Shown here piece by piece: positions 9,714-20,357 of a stretch of 64,000 nucleotides of DNA. Origin of the DNA: a virus (Duplodnaviria > Caudoviricetes); IMG/VR virus record IMGVR_UViG_3300042090_001530, positions 32,001 to 96,000 of that record. One strand, 5' to 3'. A program made the position numbers and the translations under genes. Position 1 is the stretch's first letter, and each line of letters opens with the position of its first letter. A model generated the notes under the pieces. That model saw only the letters and a list, made by a program, of their open reading frames with translations, was not told where the DNA came from and ran no database searches.

Positions 9714-10319
9714 ATGCGCCTTTACACGACTACGGGCGCGACTCGAGTCGACGACCCGGTTCATGGAACGTTCGTCGTCGGCGACAACGACGCGTTCGAT
9801 TTCCCGAACGAGCTGTCTGACCGCCTGCACGGCGTGCACGTGAGGGGGAAGGCGGTTTGGGAGACCGACGATGAGCGGGTGACTCGCGTCAACGAGGAGC
9901 AGCTCAAGTCCGTCAGGGATCCGGCGGCGCTGTATTCGGCGGTGCGGGAGATGTCGGAGACGCAGAAGGGCTTGTCGGTCGGGCAGAACGTGCTGCTGGC
10001 TGCGGTGGTGAAGGCGCTGGGCATCGACATCCCGGGCGTGACCGCGGCGCCCGTGGCCGTCCCGGCGATCGTTCCGGCTGTCCCGCCGACTCCGGTTGCC
10101 GAGGAGGATCCGGCCGGCGAGGTCGAGGAGCCCGTGGCCGTCAAGGAGCCTGCCAAGAAGCCGGAGCCTGCCTCGCCCGCGAAGAAGGCTGAGGCCGAGC
10201 CCGCCGCGAAGGCGGCTCCGGTGTCGGTTCCGGATGTGCCGGTGGCTGCCGAGGCCGCGTCGAAGCCTGCGCGTGGCGGTCGCAAGAGTGCGGCGTCTTC
10301 GTCCGCCCCGTCGGCGTAG
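9714..10319 (+). CDS. Hypothetical protein, Pro/Ala/Lys-rich tail
   Basis: AAGGGAG RBS before ATG 9714; codon pattern matches neighbours. Confidence 0.6.
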   Translation: MRLYTTTGATRVDDPVHGTFVVGDNDAFDFPNELSDRLHGVHVRGKAVWETDDERVTRVNEEQLKSVRDPAALYSAVREMSETQKGLSVGQNVLLAAVVKALGIDIPGVTAAPVAVPAIVPAVPPTPVAEEDPAGEVEEPVAVKEPAKKPEPASPAKKAEAEPAAKAAPVSVPDVPVAAEAASKPARGGRKSAASSSAPSA

Positions 10320-10375
10320 TTCGTTGGACGTCTCCGCACTCTAGGCGCTGGTCCGGCGGACGCGAGGGGGCGACT

Positions 10376-11356
10376 GTGGCAACGCCCTACATTAGTCCAT
10401 CCATGATCAAAAACGCGTCCGTCGGCGTCCCGTGGGACCAACTTCCGTACCTTGGGGCCTCCGAGGAGGCTCAGTTACAAGAGCTATACGCGATCGTGTG
10501 GCGATCCACTTCCATCGTCGACTCGTACTGCAATGGCGTCCTGCGCTCCACGATCGACAACGAGACGCTGACCGGCCCCGGCACCGCGCGCTTCGGGTTC
10601 CAGCAGGGCAGCGGCCTGGGCTTTCTCTACATGCGCCGCTGGCCGGTGACTGCAGTGCTCGGGATCCAGATGTCGTGGAACCGGTCGTTCCCGCGCGAAT
10701 GGTCAACGATCCCTGCCGGCCAGTACGACATCAACCATCCGCTGATCAACATGTACGCGGATACCGCGTCGGCGACTGCCCCTGACGGCGGGTCGTCGAT
10801 CCTGGTCAACCCGTGCGCGCTCTACCCGGCGGCAGTGGGCGGCTCGATCTACGCCCCTGCGCGGGCCCGTCAGCCGGTGCGCAACTCTCTGCGGCTGATC
10901 GTGTCGTACACGAACGGCTGGCCGCACACCAGCTTGACCACGGCGGCCGATGCGGGCGCGTCCGCGATCGAGGTGGACGACGTGACGGGCTGGACGGGCG
11001 CGGCCGGGTTCATGTACGACGGCGCCTCGACCGAGCCGATCTCGGTGACGGCGGTGTCCGCGATCAGTCCGGTGGAGTTGCCGAACGGCATCGGCACCGC
11101 GCAGGCGGGCCCGGGGACGTTGACGCTCGCGTCGCCGCTGGCGTTTTCGCACGACGTGGGCGTGTTGACGACGGCGCTGCCGGCGAACGTGCTGGACGCG
11201 GCGATTCTGGCGTCGGCGGCGCAGGTGATCGGCCAGGGGATTCAGGCGATCGCGGTGCAGACGCTGTCGGGTTCGACGTCGCTGGGCGGCAAGGGCGTGG
11301 CGGACATCGAGGGCATGTACAAGAAGCTGCTTGATCCGTATGTCCGGGTGATCTGA
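10376..11356 (+). CDS. Head-to-tail adaptor-like protein
   Basis: IVDSYCN...RSTIDNETLTG pattern; position after the capsid genes. Confidence 0.6.
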   Translation: MATPYISPSMIKNASVGVPWDQLPYLGASEEAQLQELYAIVWRSTSIVDSYCNGVLRSTIDNETLTGPGTARFGFQQGSGLGFLYMRRWPVTAVLGIQMSWNRSFPREWSTIPAGQYDINHPLINMYADTASATAPDGGSSILVNPCALYPAAVGGSIYAPARARQPVRNSLRLIVSYTNGWPHTSLTTAADAGASAIEVDDVTGWTGAAGFMYDGASTEPISVTAVSAISPVELPNGIGTAQAGPGTLTLASPLAFSHDVGVLTTALPANVLDAAILASAAQVIGQGIQAIAVQTLSGSTSLGGKGVADIEGMYKKLLDPYVRVI

Positions 11357-11836
11357 ATGCCCATGCTGAGCGTGCTGACGAAGGTCCAGGAGATCCTCAA
11401 CGATCTCCCGATCCCCGGTGGCACGCAGACTTTGCAGGCGTTCATCGTGCCGCCGCTGGCGCACAAGCCGATCCGCCCTACCGCGGTGGTGTGGGCGAGC
11501 CGGGCGCCGGTGGACCGGCGGTCGATGCCGCGTGGCGAGGGCTTCAAGCAGATCGTGTGGACCGTGGACGTGTGGCTGATGTACCTGATGAGCCCTCAGG
11601 TCCCGAACCTCGAGCAGCAGTATCCGCTGGTGGTGGATGCGGTGATGGCCGCGATGTGGGCGACTCCGATGGCGGTGACGTTGACGGATCCGGTGACGGG
11701 TCTGGTGACGCAGATGACGTCGATCGGCGAGGTGTTCACGGTGGAGAACGCGCCGGTGCGGTCGCCGGAGGGGCAGTCGATGTACTACTTCACGGGGAAG
11801 ATCAGTTTCACGGTGAAGGAATGGCCGCAGGCCTGA
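11357..11836 (+). CDS. Head-tail joining/tail terminator-like protein
   Basis: 159 aa, coupled to the upstream gene; size and position. Confidence 0.5.
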   Translation: MPMLSVLTKVQEILNDLPIPGGTQTLQAFIVPPLAHKPIRPTAVVWASRAPVDRRSMPRGEGFKQIVWTVDVWLMYLMSPQVPNLEQQYPLVVDAVMAAMWATPMAVTLTDPVTGLVTQMTSIGEVFTVENAPVRSPEGQSMYYFTGKISFTVKEWPQA

Positions 11837-11845
11837 GGGGGCGTC

Positions 11846-12301
11846 GTGTCTGATCCTCTGCTGTCGATGGGGTTCGCTGACATCGCAAAGGCGGCGGGTG
11901 AACTTGACGGCCTGGATGTCATCGAGGCGATGCGGGGCTGGGGCGCCGAGTGGGGTCCGAAGATGGTTCAGGCGATCCAGGCCGTGGTGCCCGGTGATAG
12001 CGGCGGCCCGCTGGAGCAGTCGATCACGTTCGCGGGCGTTGAGGCGGCGTCGGGCGGCGTGACGTTGTCGTGGACGACGGATAAGGATTACGCGGTCTAC
12101 CTGATCGAGGGCACGGAGGCGCACGGCCCGGCGCAGGCGAGCGTCATGCACTGGTCGGCGGGCGGCACCGACGTGTTCGCGAAGTGGGTGTCGGGGGTTG
12201 CGCCGAATACTTTCCCGCTGTCGACGGCGGTTGAGGGCTTGATGCCTGCGATGGCTGATTCGCTGGCTGACCTGCTTGCCGATCTGTCCAAGGAGTCCTG
12301 A
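11846..12301 (+). CDS. HK97 gp10-like neck/tail completion protein
   Basis: DYAVYLIEGT motif; size and position. Confidence 0.55.
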   Translation: MSDPLLSMGFADIAKAAGELDGLDVIEAMRGWGAEWGPKMVQAIQAVVPGDSGGPLEQSITFAGVEAASGGVTLSWTTDKDYAVYLIEGTEAHGPAQASVMHWSAGGTDVFAKWVSGVAPNTFPLSTAVEGLMPAMADSLADLLADLSKES

Positions 12302-12543
12302 TGGCTGCCGCTAACACTAAGAAGACCGCTGCCGCTCCGGAGAGCGCTGAGGCGGCGGACGCCGATGTCGCGGAGCCCGAGGCGCCTGCGTCGCTGGTGT
12401 CGGTGCGGTTCAACTGGCCTGTCGCCCACGCCGTCGCGGGCATGGGCACGTGCGAGCCGGGCGAGGTGCGCGAGGTGTCTGAGGCGGTTGCCGCGGATCT
12501 GTGTCGGGGCGATGTGCCGCTGTTCGTGCGCACGTCCGAGTAG
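12301..12543 (+). CDS. Small hypothetical protein
   Basis: 80 aa, TGATG coupling. Confidence 0.55.
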   Translation: MAAANTKKTAAAPESAEAADADVAEPEAPASLVSVRFNWPVAHAVAGMGTCEPGEVREVSEAVAADLCRGDVPLFVRTSE

Positions 12544-12571
12544 CTAGGACTCTCGGGGGTTTCTTTCTTTT

Positions 12572-12600
12572 GCGGGCTGGCCTGTTGGCCGGCCCGTTTT
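12572..12600 (+). terminator. Intrinsic terminator-like hairpin
   Basis: GCGGGCTGGCC-TGTT-GGCCGGCCCGT-TTT. Confidence 0.6.
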
Positions 12601-12666
12601 GCGTTCCTCGCCCGGCGTGGCCGTCGGCGATCTCTTGGCGCCTGTGCGCAGGAAGGTGGACGGTCC

Positions 12667-13908
12667 ATGCCTACGGCCCTGAAAGCGTTGTGGGGTTCGA
12701 TGTCGGACACGGGCGCGTGCCGTGAGGCGGTGTTCGGGACTCCGTTGACGCCGTCGTCGTATTTCCCGATGTCCGGGAACTCGATCAACCTGGATCCGGG
12801 CCTGTTCAGCCCGAAGGTCATGTTCGGACACAGGGAGGAAAATTCCTTCCCTCTGTACGGCCAGTACAAGAACTCTGGTTCGATCGGCGGCCCGCTGTTC
12901 CCGACGAACGGGGCGTTGTTCATCCCGGGCGGGATCGGCTTGGACGCGCAGCCCGGATACGGGGTGACGGGCACGTCGCCGACATCCGCGACAACGCTGG
13001 GCAGCCCGATCACCGCCAACTCGACAGCGTTCGCCCTGACGTCGGCGACGGGGTACGCGGTCGGGTCGATCATCCAGGTGGATGTGAATGTGCCGGCGAC
13101 GCCGACGACGTCGGAGTGCCGGAAGATCGCGACGCTGACGGGCACGACGGGCACGGTGGACGTGGCCTGGTCGTACGCGCACGCGTCGGGCGTGGCGGTG
13201 GATGTGGTGACGGCGCCGTTCACGCACAGCGTGCAGGAATCGGTGCAACTGTCCTCGTTCACGGTGGAGAAGAACCTTGGCGGCCCGGCCGTGTATGGCG
13301 GCGAGAGCATGCAGTTCGCGGGCTCCCGGGTGAACAAGCTGTCGGTCGCGGCGACGACGACGGACGCCGAGGCGACGGTGTCGGTGGACATGGTGGCGCA
13401 GTCGTATGCGATCCTGGACACGCCCTCGACGGTGTCGGTCATCAACGAGTCGCCGTACGTGTTCGCCGAAGGCACCGTGTCGCTGTTCGGGCAGACGGTG
13501 GCACAGGCGCAGAGTTTCAGCCTGGACATCGAGAACGGTCTGGTCAGCTCGTACACATTCAATCAGTCGCACAATCTCGAGTTCCTCTCCCCGGTGACGC
13601 TAGCCGTGTCGGGGAAGATCGACGTGATCTGGCAGTCCTTTGACGACACTACGTGGGGCTACCTGACGAAGGAAACCGCAGGCACGGGCGGCGCCTTGTC
13701 GTTCTCGCTGGCGCACCCCGGCTCGCCCACGGCAGGCTCGGTGACGTTCAGCTGCCCGAACGTTTATCTCAAGACCGTGCAGGAGCAGCCGAAGTTCGAG
13801 GACGTCGTGACCTCGACGCTCAACTTCATGGCGTTCCTGAATCTCGGTGCGGCCAACCCCAGCTGCATCTCGGCGACGATCGTGAACGCCACCTACCTGC
13901 CGCTTTGA
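12667..13908 (+). CDS. Major tail (tube) protein
   Basis: SFTVEKNLG...GSRVNKLSV...FSLDIENGL...VSGKI pattern; upstream of chaperone and tape measure. Confidence 0.75.
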   Translation: MPTALKALWGSMSDTGACREAVFGTPLTPSSYFPMSGNSINLDPGLFSPKVMFGHREENSFPLYGQYKNSGSIGGPLFPTNGALFIPGGIGLDAQPGYGVTGTSPTSATTLGSPITANSTAFALTSATGYAVGSIIQVDVNVPATPTTSECRKIATLTGTTGTVDVAWSYAHASGVAVDVVTAPFTHSVQESVQLSSFTVEKNLGGPAVYGGESMQFAGSRVNKLSVAATTTDAEATVSVDMVAQSYAILDTPSTVSVINESPYVFAEGTVSLFGQTVAQAQSFSLDIENGLVSSYTFNQSHNLEFLSPVTLAVSGKIDVIWQSFDDTTWGYLTKETAGTGGALSFSLAHPGSPTAGSVTFSCPNVYLKTVQEQPKFEDVVTSTLNFMAFLNLGAANPSCISATIVNATYLPL

Positions 13909-13926
13909 TCCGCACCGCCCACTTTG

Positions 13927-13959
13927 GCCGCCCGGTTTCGTCGGGCGGCTTTCCTGTTT
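13927..13959 (+). terminator. Intrinsic terminator
   Basis: GCCGCCCGG-TTTCG-TCGGGCGGC-TTTCCTGTTT. Confidence 0.7.
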
Positions 13960-13981
13960 GCCCATCACACCAAGGACCCTC

Positions 13982-14557
13982 ATGCCCTTCCTTTCCCGTT
14001 ACGCGGGCACGATCAAGCTGGACCTTTCGGATCTCGCCGATGACGGCGAGTACTGGGTGACGATCAAGAAGACGTTGACGGCGGACGAGACGGACCGGGC
14101 GGAGGACGCGCGCCTGTCGGCGACGAACGTGTCGAAGTCGGCGGGCCGCGCGGCGCGGGGCGCGGCGGCGCGGCGCCGGGCGGGCCGGTCGACCCCGGAG
14201 GACGACGAGACGGTCAAGACCCTGCTGAGCTTCAACACGGGCGCGTACAAGCAGAAGCTGCTCGAGGCCGCGGTCGTGGACTGGAATCTGACGGATGAGC
14301 ACGGCGTGATCCTGCCGTTGCGCCCGGCGCAGGCGAAGACGCGTTCGATCGCGAAGCTCCCGACGATCGCCCGCGACCGGATCTTCGAGGCGGTCGACGA
14401 GACGATGGCGCAGGAGGAGCCGGACGACGAGGACGGTGACGCCGACTTTCGAGATGACGTGCCGGCAGGCGGCGGCGAGCCGAACGACGGAGAACCCGCT
14501 GATTCAGGATCTGTGGGTGAGGGAGGTTTGGAAGGATCGCACTGGCCTGACGCTTGA
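13982..14557 (+). CDS. Tail assembly chaperone (G-like)
   Basis: AAGGA RBS; VVDWNLTDEHG motif; lies between tail tube and tape measure. Confidence 0.75.
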   Translation: MPFLSRYAGTIKLDLSDLADDGEYWVTIKKTLTADETDRAEDARLSATNVSKSAGRAARGAAARRRAGRSTPEDDETVKTLLSFNTGAYKQKLLEAAVVDWNLTDEHGVILPLRPAQAKTRSIAKLPTIARDRIFEAVDETMAQEEPDDEDGDADFRDDVPAGGGEPNDGEPADSGSVGEGGLEGSHWPDA

Positions 14558-14744
14558 GCAGGTCACGGCGACGTACAGCACGATGCAGATCGCGCAGGCG
14601 TTGACGTATTGGCGCATCGAGGCCGAGGTGCGTGCGGCGGAGCGCGGGGAGTCGTCGGGTTCGGCGGAGGCGACGCAGGCGGGGTATGAGCGGGCGCGGG
14701 CGGCGAAGCTGCGGGCGCAGGGCGAGCCGGCCGGGGTGGCGTAG
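14451..14744 (+). CDS. Tail assembly chaperone frameshift extension (T-like)
   Basis: Overlaps the chaperone 3' end in the +1 frame with no obvious RBS; ends just before the tape measure. Confidence 0.55.
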   Translation, partial: EMTCRQAAASRTTENPLIQDLWVREVWKDRTGLTLEQVTATYSTMQIAQALTYWRIEAEVRAAERGESSGSAEATQAGYERARAAKLRAQGEPAGVA

Positions 14745-14792
14745 GGCTGGGGTTCGGCGGGGCTGTGTCTGAGCGCGGACGGGCGGTGTCCC

Positions 14793-17700
14793 GTGGCGTC
14801 TTCAAGCTCCGAGATAACCGTGTTGCTGATGCTCGAGGCGATCGATAAGGCCTCCGGGATCCTCGAGGCCATCGGCGGCAAAATGGAGGCCCTCGGGGAC
14901 GCGGCGCAGGAGGCCGCGGACAAGGCGTCGCTGTCCGGCGACGAGCTCGAGTCGATGCAGGTGCGCGCGGAGGCGGCGGCGAACGCTGCGGCGGCCGCGC
15001 AGGACGCGCAGGCTGCGGCGCTGGATCGGCTCGCGGTTTCGACGCAGGCGGTAAAGGACGCGCAGTCGGCGCAGGTTGCCGCTGCCGCAGAGGCTGCGGA
15101 GGCGTCCGGGGGCTACGCGGACGAGGTCATCGCACAGTACGCCGCGATGTCTGAAGCCGCCGCTGCAGACGCTGCGGCCGCAGAAGCGTCTGGCGCGAAG
15201 ATCGAGGAACTGCAGGAGACGCTCACCAGGGTGAGCGGGGCTGCGGCCGAGTCAGTAGAGGCCGCACTGGATCGCGAGGCGGCCTCGTTCGTCGAACTGT
15301 CCGAGGTGGCGCGGGTCAGCGCGGACACGCTGGCAGAGGCGTTCTCGGACACGGACGCGAAAGCACTGGCGTCGGCGACGGCGCAGGCGACTGCTGCGCA
15401 GGAGGCGGCTGACGCGACGAAGGCCGCAGTGGCCGAGCAGGTCGCGGCGCTTGACGCGCTCAAGGACGCCGAGACGGACCTCGCAGCGCGCACGGCGCAG
15501 TCGGATGCGGCGCAGGACGCGGCGAACACGAGCCTCGACCTGTCGGGCGCTGCGATGAAGGGCGTTACGACAACCGCCCTGGTGACGGCGGCTGCGGTGG
15601 CCGGCATCGGCTACGAGTCGGTGAAGGCTGCGGCGAGTTTCCAGTCGGCGACGAGTGTGCTGGTCACCTCTGGCGGCGAGACGACGCAGAACATCGCGAT
15701 GGTGCGTCAGGGGATTCTGAACCTGGCCTCGTCTACGGGTACTGCGACATCGGAACTGACGTCCGGCATGTACATGATCGGCAGCGCCGGCTATACGGGC
15801 GCGGTCGGCTTGAACGTCCTGAAGTCGGCCGCCGAGGGCGCGAAGGCCGAGAACGCCGATCTCGGGACTGTCAGCAACGCCCTGACGACGGTCCTGACGG
15901 ACTACTACGGCAAGAGTCTCACGGCCGCGCAGGCGACGAAGGACTCGACCGCCGCGATGAACCAGATGATCGCGGTGGTGCAGAACGGCAAGACGACGAC
16001 GGAGGCCCTGTCGGGCGCGCTGTCGACCGTGCTGCCGATCGCGGCGCAGACGGGCCTGAGTTTCACCCAGGTCGGCGGCGCGATCGCGACGATGACTGGT
16101 GAGGGCATCAGCGCGCAGCAGGCTACCCAGGATCTTGCGAGCACCATCACGCACCTGCAGAACCCGTCGAACGTGATGGTCAACGAGATGGCCGCGATGG
16201 GCCTGAACGCGTCCAGCGTGTCGAAGAACCTGGGCAAGGAGGGCTTGACCGGCACGGTTGCGGAACTCACCGGCGCGATCACCTCGCACATGGGGCCGGC
16301 CGGAACCGTCCTGCAGTCCGCGTTCAACCAGTCTTCGGCTGCCGCGCAGGACGCTCAGGTCGAGTTCACCCACCTGGGCACGGCGGCGCAGGCCCTGGCC
16401 AAGCAGTACGAGAACGGTTCGATCGGGGAGAAGGCCTACCGCACGGACGCACAGGCGCTCGGCGGCACGCAGGGCGCGCTGGCCCTGCAGTTCGAGACCG
16501 CCTACAACAAGTCAAAGGGCTTCAACGACACACTGACCTCGGGTTCGCCTGCCGCGCAGACGTACATCCAGGCCCTGTCGAAAATGACCGGCACGTCCGA
16601 GGGCTTGAGCACGGTGCTCGCCCTGAGCGGCTCGCATTCGGCGGAGTTCGCCCAGAACGTGAAGGCCGTCGGGGCCGCGGCGACCACGGCCGGTTCGAAC
16701 GTCAACGGCTGGTCGACGATCCAGGGCAACATGAATCAGCGGCTTGATGAATTGAAGGAGACTGTCGAGGCCGCGTCGATCCAGCTCGGTACGGCTCTGC
16801 TGCCGATCGTGACCAAGATCCTTGATGTGGTCATGCACATCCTGACCCCGATCGCGACGTGGATCGAGCACAACAAGACCCTTGCGGCGATCATCCTGCT
16901 GGTGGTCGGCGGCCTGGCGATCCTGATCACGACGATGGTCGCGGTCGCCAAAATCGTCAAGGCCGTCGGTGAGGCGTGGACGACCCTCGGCCGTGCGCTC
17001 GGGCTCATCGGCGAGGAGACGACGACCGCAGCAGCCGAGACCGAAGCCGCCGGGGACACGATCGCGGCGGCGGGCGAGACCGCGGACGTGGCGTGGGGCC
17101 CGTGGCTGATCGCGATCGCGGCGATCGGGATTGCGGCGTACGAGATCGTCGAGCACTGGTCCACCGTCAAGCGCTGGCTCGCGGACTTCTGGGGCTGGGT
17201 CAAGCAGATCTTCGATGACGTGGTCGGGTTCGTGAAGGGCCACGTCAACGAGGTCGCCGGGGCCATGGCGGCACTACTGGGGCCCCTGGGGATCCTGCTC
17301 GCGGTCGCGCTGGAGATCGTGACGCACTGGAAGGCCGTCGAGAAGCTCCTCGCGGACGTGTGGGACTGGATCAAGGGCGCCGCGTCGGACGTCGCCGGGG
17401 CCGTGTCGAAGGCGTGGGGCGACGCGATCAAGCTGGTCGACGCCCTGTGGCGGCTGCAGATCGACGAACTCAAGGCGATCTGGGACGGCATCGAGACGGC
17501 GTGGGACGACACCGGCGGCAAGGCCATCACCGCGATCAAGCGTGCGTGGGACGAGGTCTCGGCGGCGTTCGATAAGGAATGGACCAAGATCTCCGGCGAC
17601 CTGTCGTCGATCTGGGGGTCGCTGGTCGAGATCTGGAACGCGACGGGTGGCGCCCTGATCTCGGCGATCATGGACGGGACGCGCGACGTCATCGATTTCG

Positions 17701-18941
17701 TGAGCGCGAACTGGTCGACGATCGTCGATATCGTCGAGGACGCGCTGCGGCCGCTGGTGGCGGCCGCGAAGGCGCTCTGGGACGCCACGGTCGAGGTTTT
17801 CACGGTCGCGTTCGGCGTGATCCGCGGGATCGCGCGGGCGCAGTGGGAGATCGTGTCGGCGATCTTCACGGCCACGTTCGACGTGATCAGGGGGGTCACG
17901 GAGGCCGCCTGGGATGCCATCTCCGGGGCCTTCAAGGCGGCGTGGGATGTGATCCGCGGCATCGTGCAGGTCGGCTGGGCTGTCGTCTCCGGGATGTTTA
18001 CCGCGTCATGGGACGTGATCGTCGGGTCCGTCAATGCCGGCTGGGACGTCGTGTCCGGAATCTTCAAGGCTTCGTGGGACGTGATCGTCGGGTTGGTGAG
18101 GGCGGCGTGGGACCTGATCACCACGGCCTTCAACGTGTCCCTCGATCTGCTGAAGGGGATCGTCGCCGGGTTCGCGGATCTGCTGACCGGCCAGTGGGGC
18201 AAGCTGTGGAACGACGTCAAGTCGACGTTCGACAGCGTGTGGAACGACATTTCGGGGTTTTTCAAGGAGATCCTCGGCGATATCGAGTCGACCGTGTCCG
18301 GCGCGGTCTCGCACATCTGGTCCGGGTTCATCGGCGCGATCCACAGCGCCCTGTCCGGCATCGAGGCCGCCCTCAAGGCCGTGTGGAACACGATCGTCAC
18401 CGCTTTCGACGATGCGAGTACCTGGCTGCTGGACGCGGGCGAGGCTATCATCGACGGCCTCGTCAAGGGCGTGGAGAACATGGCTGGGGCCGCGGTCGCG
18501 GCCGTGAAGAACGTGGGCTCGGACATCATCAAGGGCGCGAAAGACGTCTTGTCGATCTTCTCTCCGTCGCAGGAGTTCGCGGACATCGGCGGCATGACGA
18601 TCGCGGGTTTCGTGCAGGGCATCGAGGATGCGGCCCCGACGCTGCACGCGGCGATGGCGAAAGCGGCCTCGTCGATCACGGGGCCGTCGATCACGGCGAA
18701 CCTGACGGCGGACGCCAGGTCGAGCGGCTCAGCGATCGTGTCCGCCGCGGCGGCCGGGATCGGCGCCGCGGCGGGCGGCGGCGGGGGAGCCGGGTCGGGC
18801 GGCGTGACGGTGATCGTGCAGGGCGGGAACACGCTGATGACCGACTCGGACATCAACAAGTTCGCGCAGAAGATCGGCGGCGTGATCGCGAAGACGACGC
18901 TGAACCAGGGCGGAGTCAAGATCCAGCTGGCTGGCCGGTAG
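14793..18941 (+). CDS. Tape measure protein
   Basis: 1382 aa Ala-rich helical protein with a TP901-type core and ~11-residue Trp/Phe repeats in the C-half. Confidence 0.95.
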   Translation: MASSSSEITVLLMLEAIDKASGILEAIGGKMEALGDAAQEAADKASLSGDELESMQVRAEAAANAAAAAQDAQAAALDRLAVSTQAVKDAQSAQVAAAAEAAEASGGYADEVIAQYAAMSEAAAADAAAAEASGAKIEELQETLTRVSGAAAESVEAALDREAASFVELSEVARVSADTLAEAFSDTDAKALASATAQATAAQEAADATKAAVAEQVAALDALKDAETDLAARTAQSDAAQDAANTSLDLSGAAMKGVTTTALVTAAAVAGIGYESVKAAASFQSATSVLVTSGGETTQNIAMVRQGILNLASSTGTATSELTSGMYMIGSAGYTGAVGLNVLKSAAEGAKAENADLGTVSNALTTVLTDYYGKSLTAAQATKDSTAAMNQMIAVVQNGKTTTEALSGALSTVLPIAAQTGLSFTQVGGAIATMTGEGISAQQATQDLASTITHLQNPSNVMVNEMAAMGLNASSVSKNLGKEGLTGTVAELTGAITSHMGPAGTVLQSAFNQSSAAAQDAQVEFTHLGTAAQALAKQYENGSIGEKAYRTDAQALGGTQGALALQFETAYNKSKGFNDTLTSGSPAAQTYIQALSKMTGTSEGLSTVLALSGSHSAEFAQNVKAVGAAATTAGSNVNGWSTIQGNMNQRLDELKETVEAASIQLGTALLPIVTKILDVVMHILTPIATWIEHNKTLAAIILLVVGGLAILITTMVAVAKIVKAVGEAWTTLGRALGLIGEETTTAAAETEAAGDTIAAAGETADVAWGPWLIAIAAIGIAAYEIVEHWSTVKRWLADFWGWVKQIFDDVVGFVKGHVNEVAGAMAALLGPLGILLAVALEIVTHWKAVEKLLADVWDWIKGAASDVAGAVSKAWGDAIKLVDALWRLQIDELKAIWDGIETAWDDTGGKAITAIKRAWDEVSAAFDKEWTKISGDLSSIWGSLVEIWNATGGALISAIMDGTRDVIDFVSANWSTIVDIVEDALRPLVAAAKALWDATVEVFTVAFGVIRGIARAQWEIVSAIFTATFDVIRGVTEAAWDAISGAFKAAWDVIRGIVQVGWAVVSGMFTASWDVIVGSVNAGWDVVSGIFKASWDVIVGLVRAAWDLITTAFNVSLDLLKGIVAGFADLLTGQWGKLWNDVKSTFDSVWNDISGFFKEILGDIESTVSGAVSHIWSGFIGAIHSALSGIEAALKAVWNTIVTAFDDASTWLLDAGEAIIDGLVKGVENMAGAAVAAVKNVGSDIIKGAKDVLSIFSPSQEFADIGGMTIAGFVQGIEDAAPTLHAAMAKAASSITGPSITANLTADARSSGSAIVSAAAAGIGAAAGGGGGAGSGGVTVIVQGGNTLMTDSDINKFAQKIGGVIAKTTLNQGGVKIQLAGR

Positions 18942-18965
18942 TTCCCTAAAGGAGGCGACCGAGCC

Positions 18966-20354
18966 TTGCCGATCACCCCGCACCTGTCTCTGATCGTCAC
19001 TCCGCCCGGCGGCGCCCCCACCGACTACACGTCGTACCTCGGGTACTCCGAGACCGTGCAGCAGATGACCGTGACTCAAAACTTCGGGCGCCAGGGCGAC
19101 ACGGCCGTGTTCCCGTTGGTCGAGGACTGGGGCGCGACCGGCACCCGGCACGTCGCGATCCTCGGGCAGTCCCAGGTGAGCCTCGTGGACGAGCATTCGG
19201 GGCAGAACCTGTTCGCGGGCGTCGTGAACGCCCCGACGCAGGTTGTGCGCTCCCCGACGTTCAACGAGTGGGACCTCGGGGCGACGGACTACACGGTCTA
19301 CGCGGACAACGCGATCGTGCAGGGGATTTTCTTCGGCTGGACCGTGGACCAGATCGTGATCTCCCTGGTGGCCCAGGCGAACTGCGGGATCACCGCGGCC
19401 TCCTCGGCCGACGGCGGGTATGTGCAGCCGGGGCCGCAGCTTGCCTCGTATGTTCTGAACTACAACCCCTTGTCGACGGCGTGGCGGCAGCTTGCCACAC
19501 TGGCCAGCAGCGTCACGCCCTACGGGTGGTTCGTCGACCAGAATCTCGAGCTCCACTTTTTCGACGCGTCCAGCGCCCAATCCTCCGGCGTCACGTTCAC
19601 GACGGTGCCGAGCACGTACGGGTCGCTCACCGAAGGCCATATCGCCCTGGACACGCAGAACGCGTACGAGCAGGACGGCACTGCTTTATCCAACAGGATC
19701 TTGGTGCAGGGCGCGAACCTGACGGTCAACGGCGGCTCCCCGGACACGACGCCCGCGACCGACACGTGGATGGCGGACGGCGCCCAGTCCGCATGGCCGC
19801 TGCGCTACACGGTCTCGGGCACCCCGACGCTATATGTGGGCGGCGTTGAGAAGACGGTCGTGGTCGCGCCGTCGGGTGCGACCGTGTCGGGCCCGTGGGT
19901 CGTAGAGCAGAACTCGGTGGGCGCATACTTCCTGGTGGCGCAGGTCGCACCCGCGTACGGCACGTCGATCCAGGCCTGGTATTCGTACCTGAAACCGGTG
20001 GTGGCGCAGCAGTCCGACTACACCTCGCAGGCCGAGTACGTAGGCCCGAACGGCGGCGTGTACTCCCAGTTCATTAGCGACTCGAGCCTGACGACGGTGC
20101 CGATGGCGCTGGCGCGCGCACAGCAGACGAGGGTCGAGTACGCGTTCGTGGTCGGCCGGGCTACGTGGGATACGACGGAGGACTGGCTGGGCTGGGTGCG
20201 GGCCGGTTGGACGTGCCAGGTTTTCAACCAGTTCGTGTTCGACAACCAGTCGCAAACGTGGGGCTTGAACGACCAGTTCATCGTCATCGCGAACACTGTG
20301 ACCTGGCAGGAAACCGGATTCAGAACGATGCAGATAACCGCCGTCCGAATCTAG
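18966..20354 (+). CDS. Minor tail protein (distal tail/hub-like)
   Basis: AAAGGAGG RBS; beta-rich 462 aa directly after the tape measure. Confidence 0.65.
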   Translation: MPITPHLSLIVTPPGGAPTDYTSYLGYSETVQQMTVTQNFGRQGDTAVFPLVEDWGATGTRHVAILGQSQVSLVDEHSGQNLFAGVVNAPTQVVRSPTFNEWDLGATDYTVYADNAIVQGIFFGWTVDQIVISLVAQANCGITAASSADGGYVQPGPQLASYVLNYNPLSTAWRQLATLASSVTPYGWFVDQNLELHFFDASSAQSSGVTFTTVPSTYGSLTEGHIALDTQNAYEQDGTALSNRILVQGANLTVNGGSPDTTPATDTWMADGAQSAWPLRYTVSGTPTLYVGGVEKTVVVAPSGATVSGPWVVEQNSVGAYFLVAQVAPAYGTSIQAWYSYLKPVVAQQSDYTSQAEYVGPNGGVYSQFISDSSLTTVPMALARAQQTRVEYAFVVGRATWDTTEDWLGWVRAGWTCQVFNQFVFDNQSQTWGLNDQFIVIANTVTWQETGFRTMQITAVRI

Positions 20355-20357
20355 GGG

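Noticed and set aside
16736-19021. 761-aa minus-strand ORF and similar shadows in the tail region
   Set aside because: Antisense to the tape measure; composition is explained by the + strand codons.
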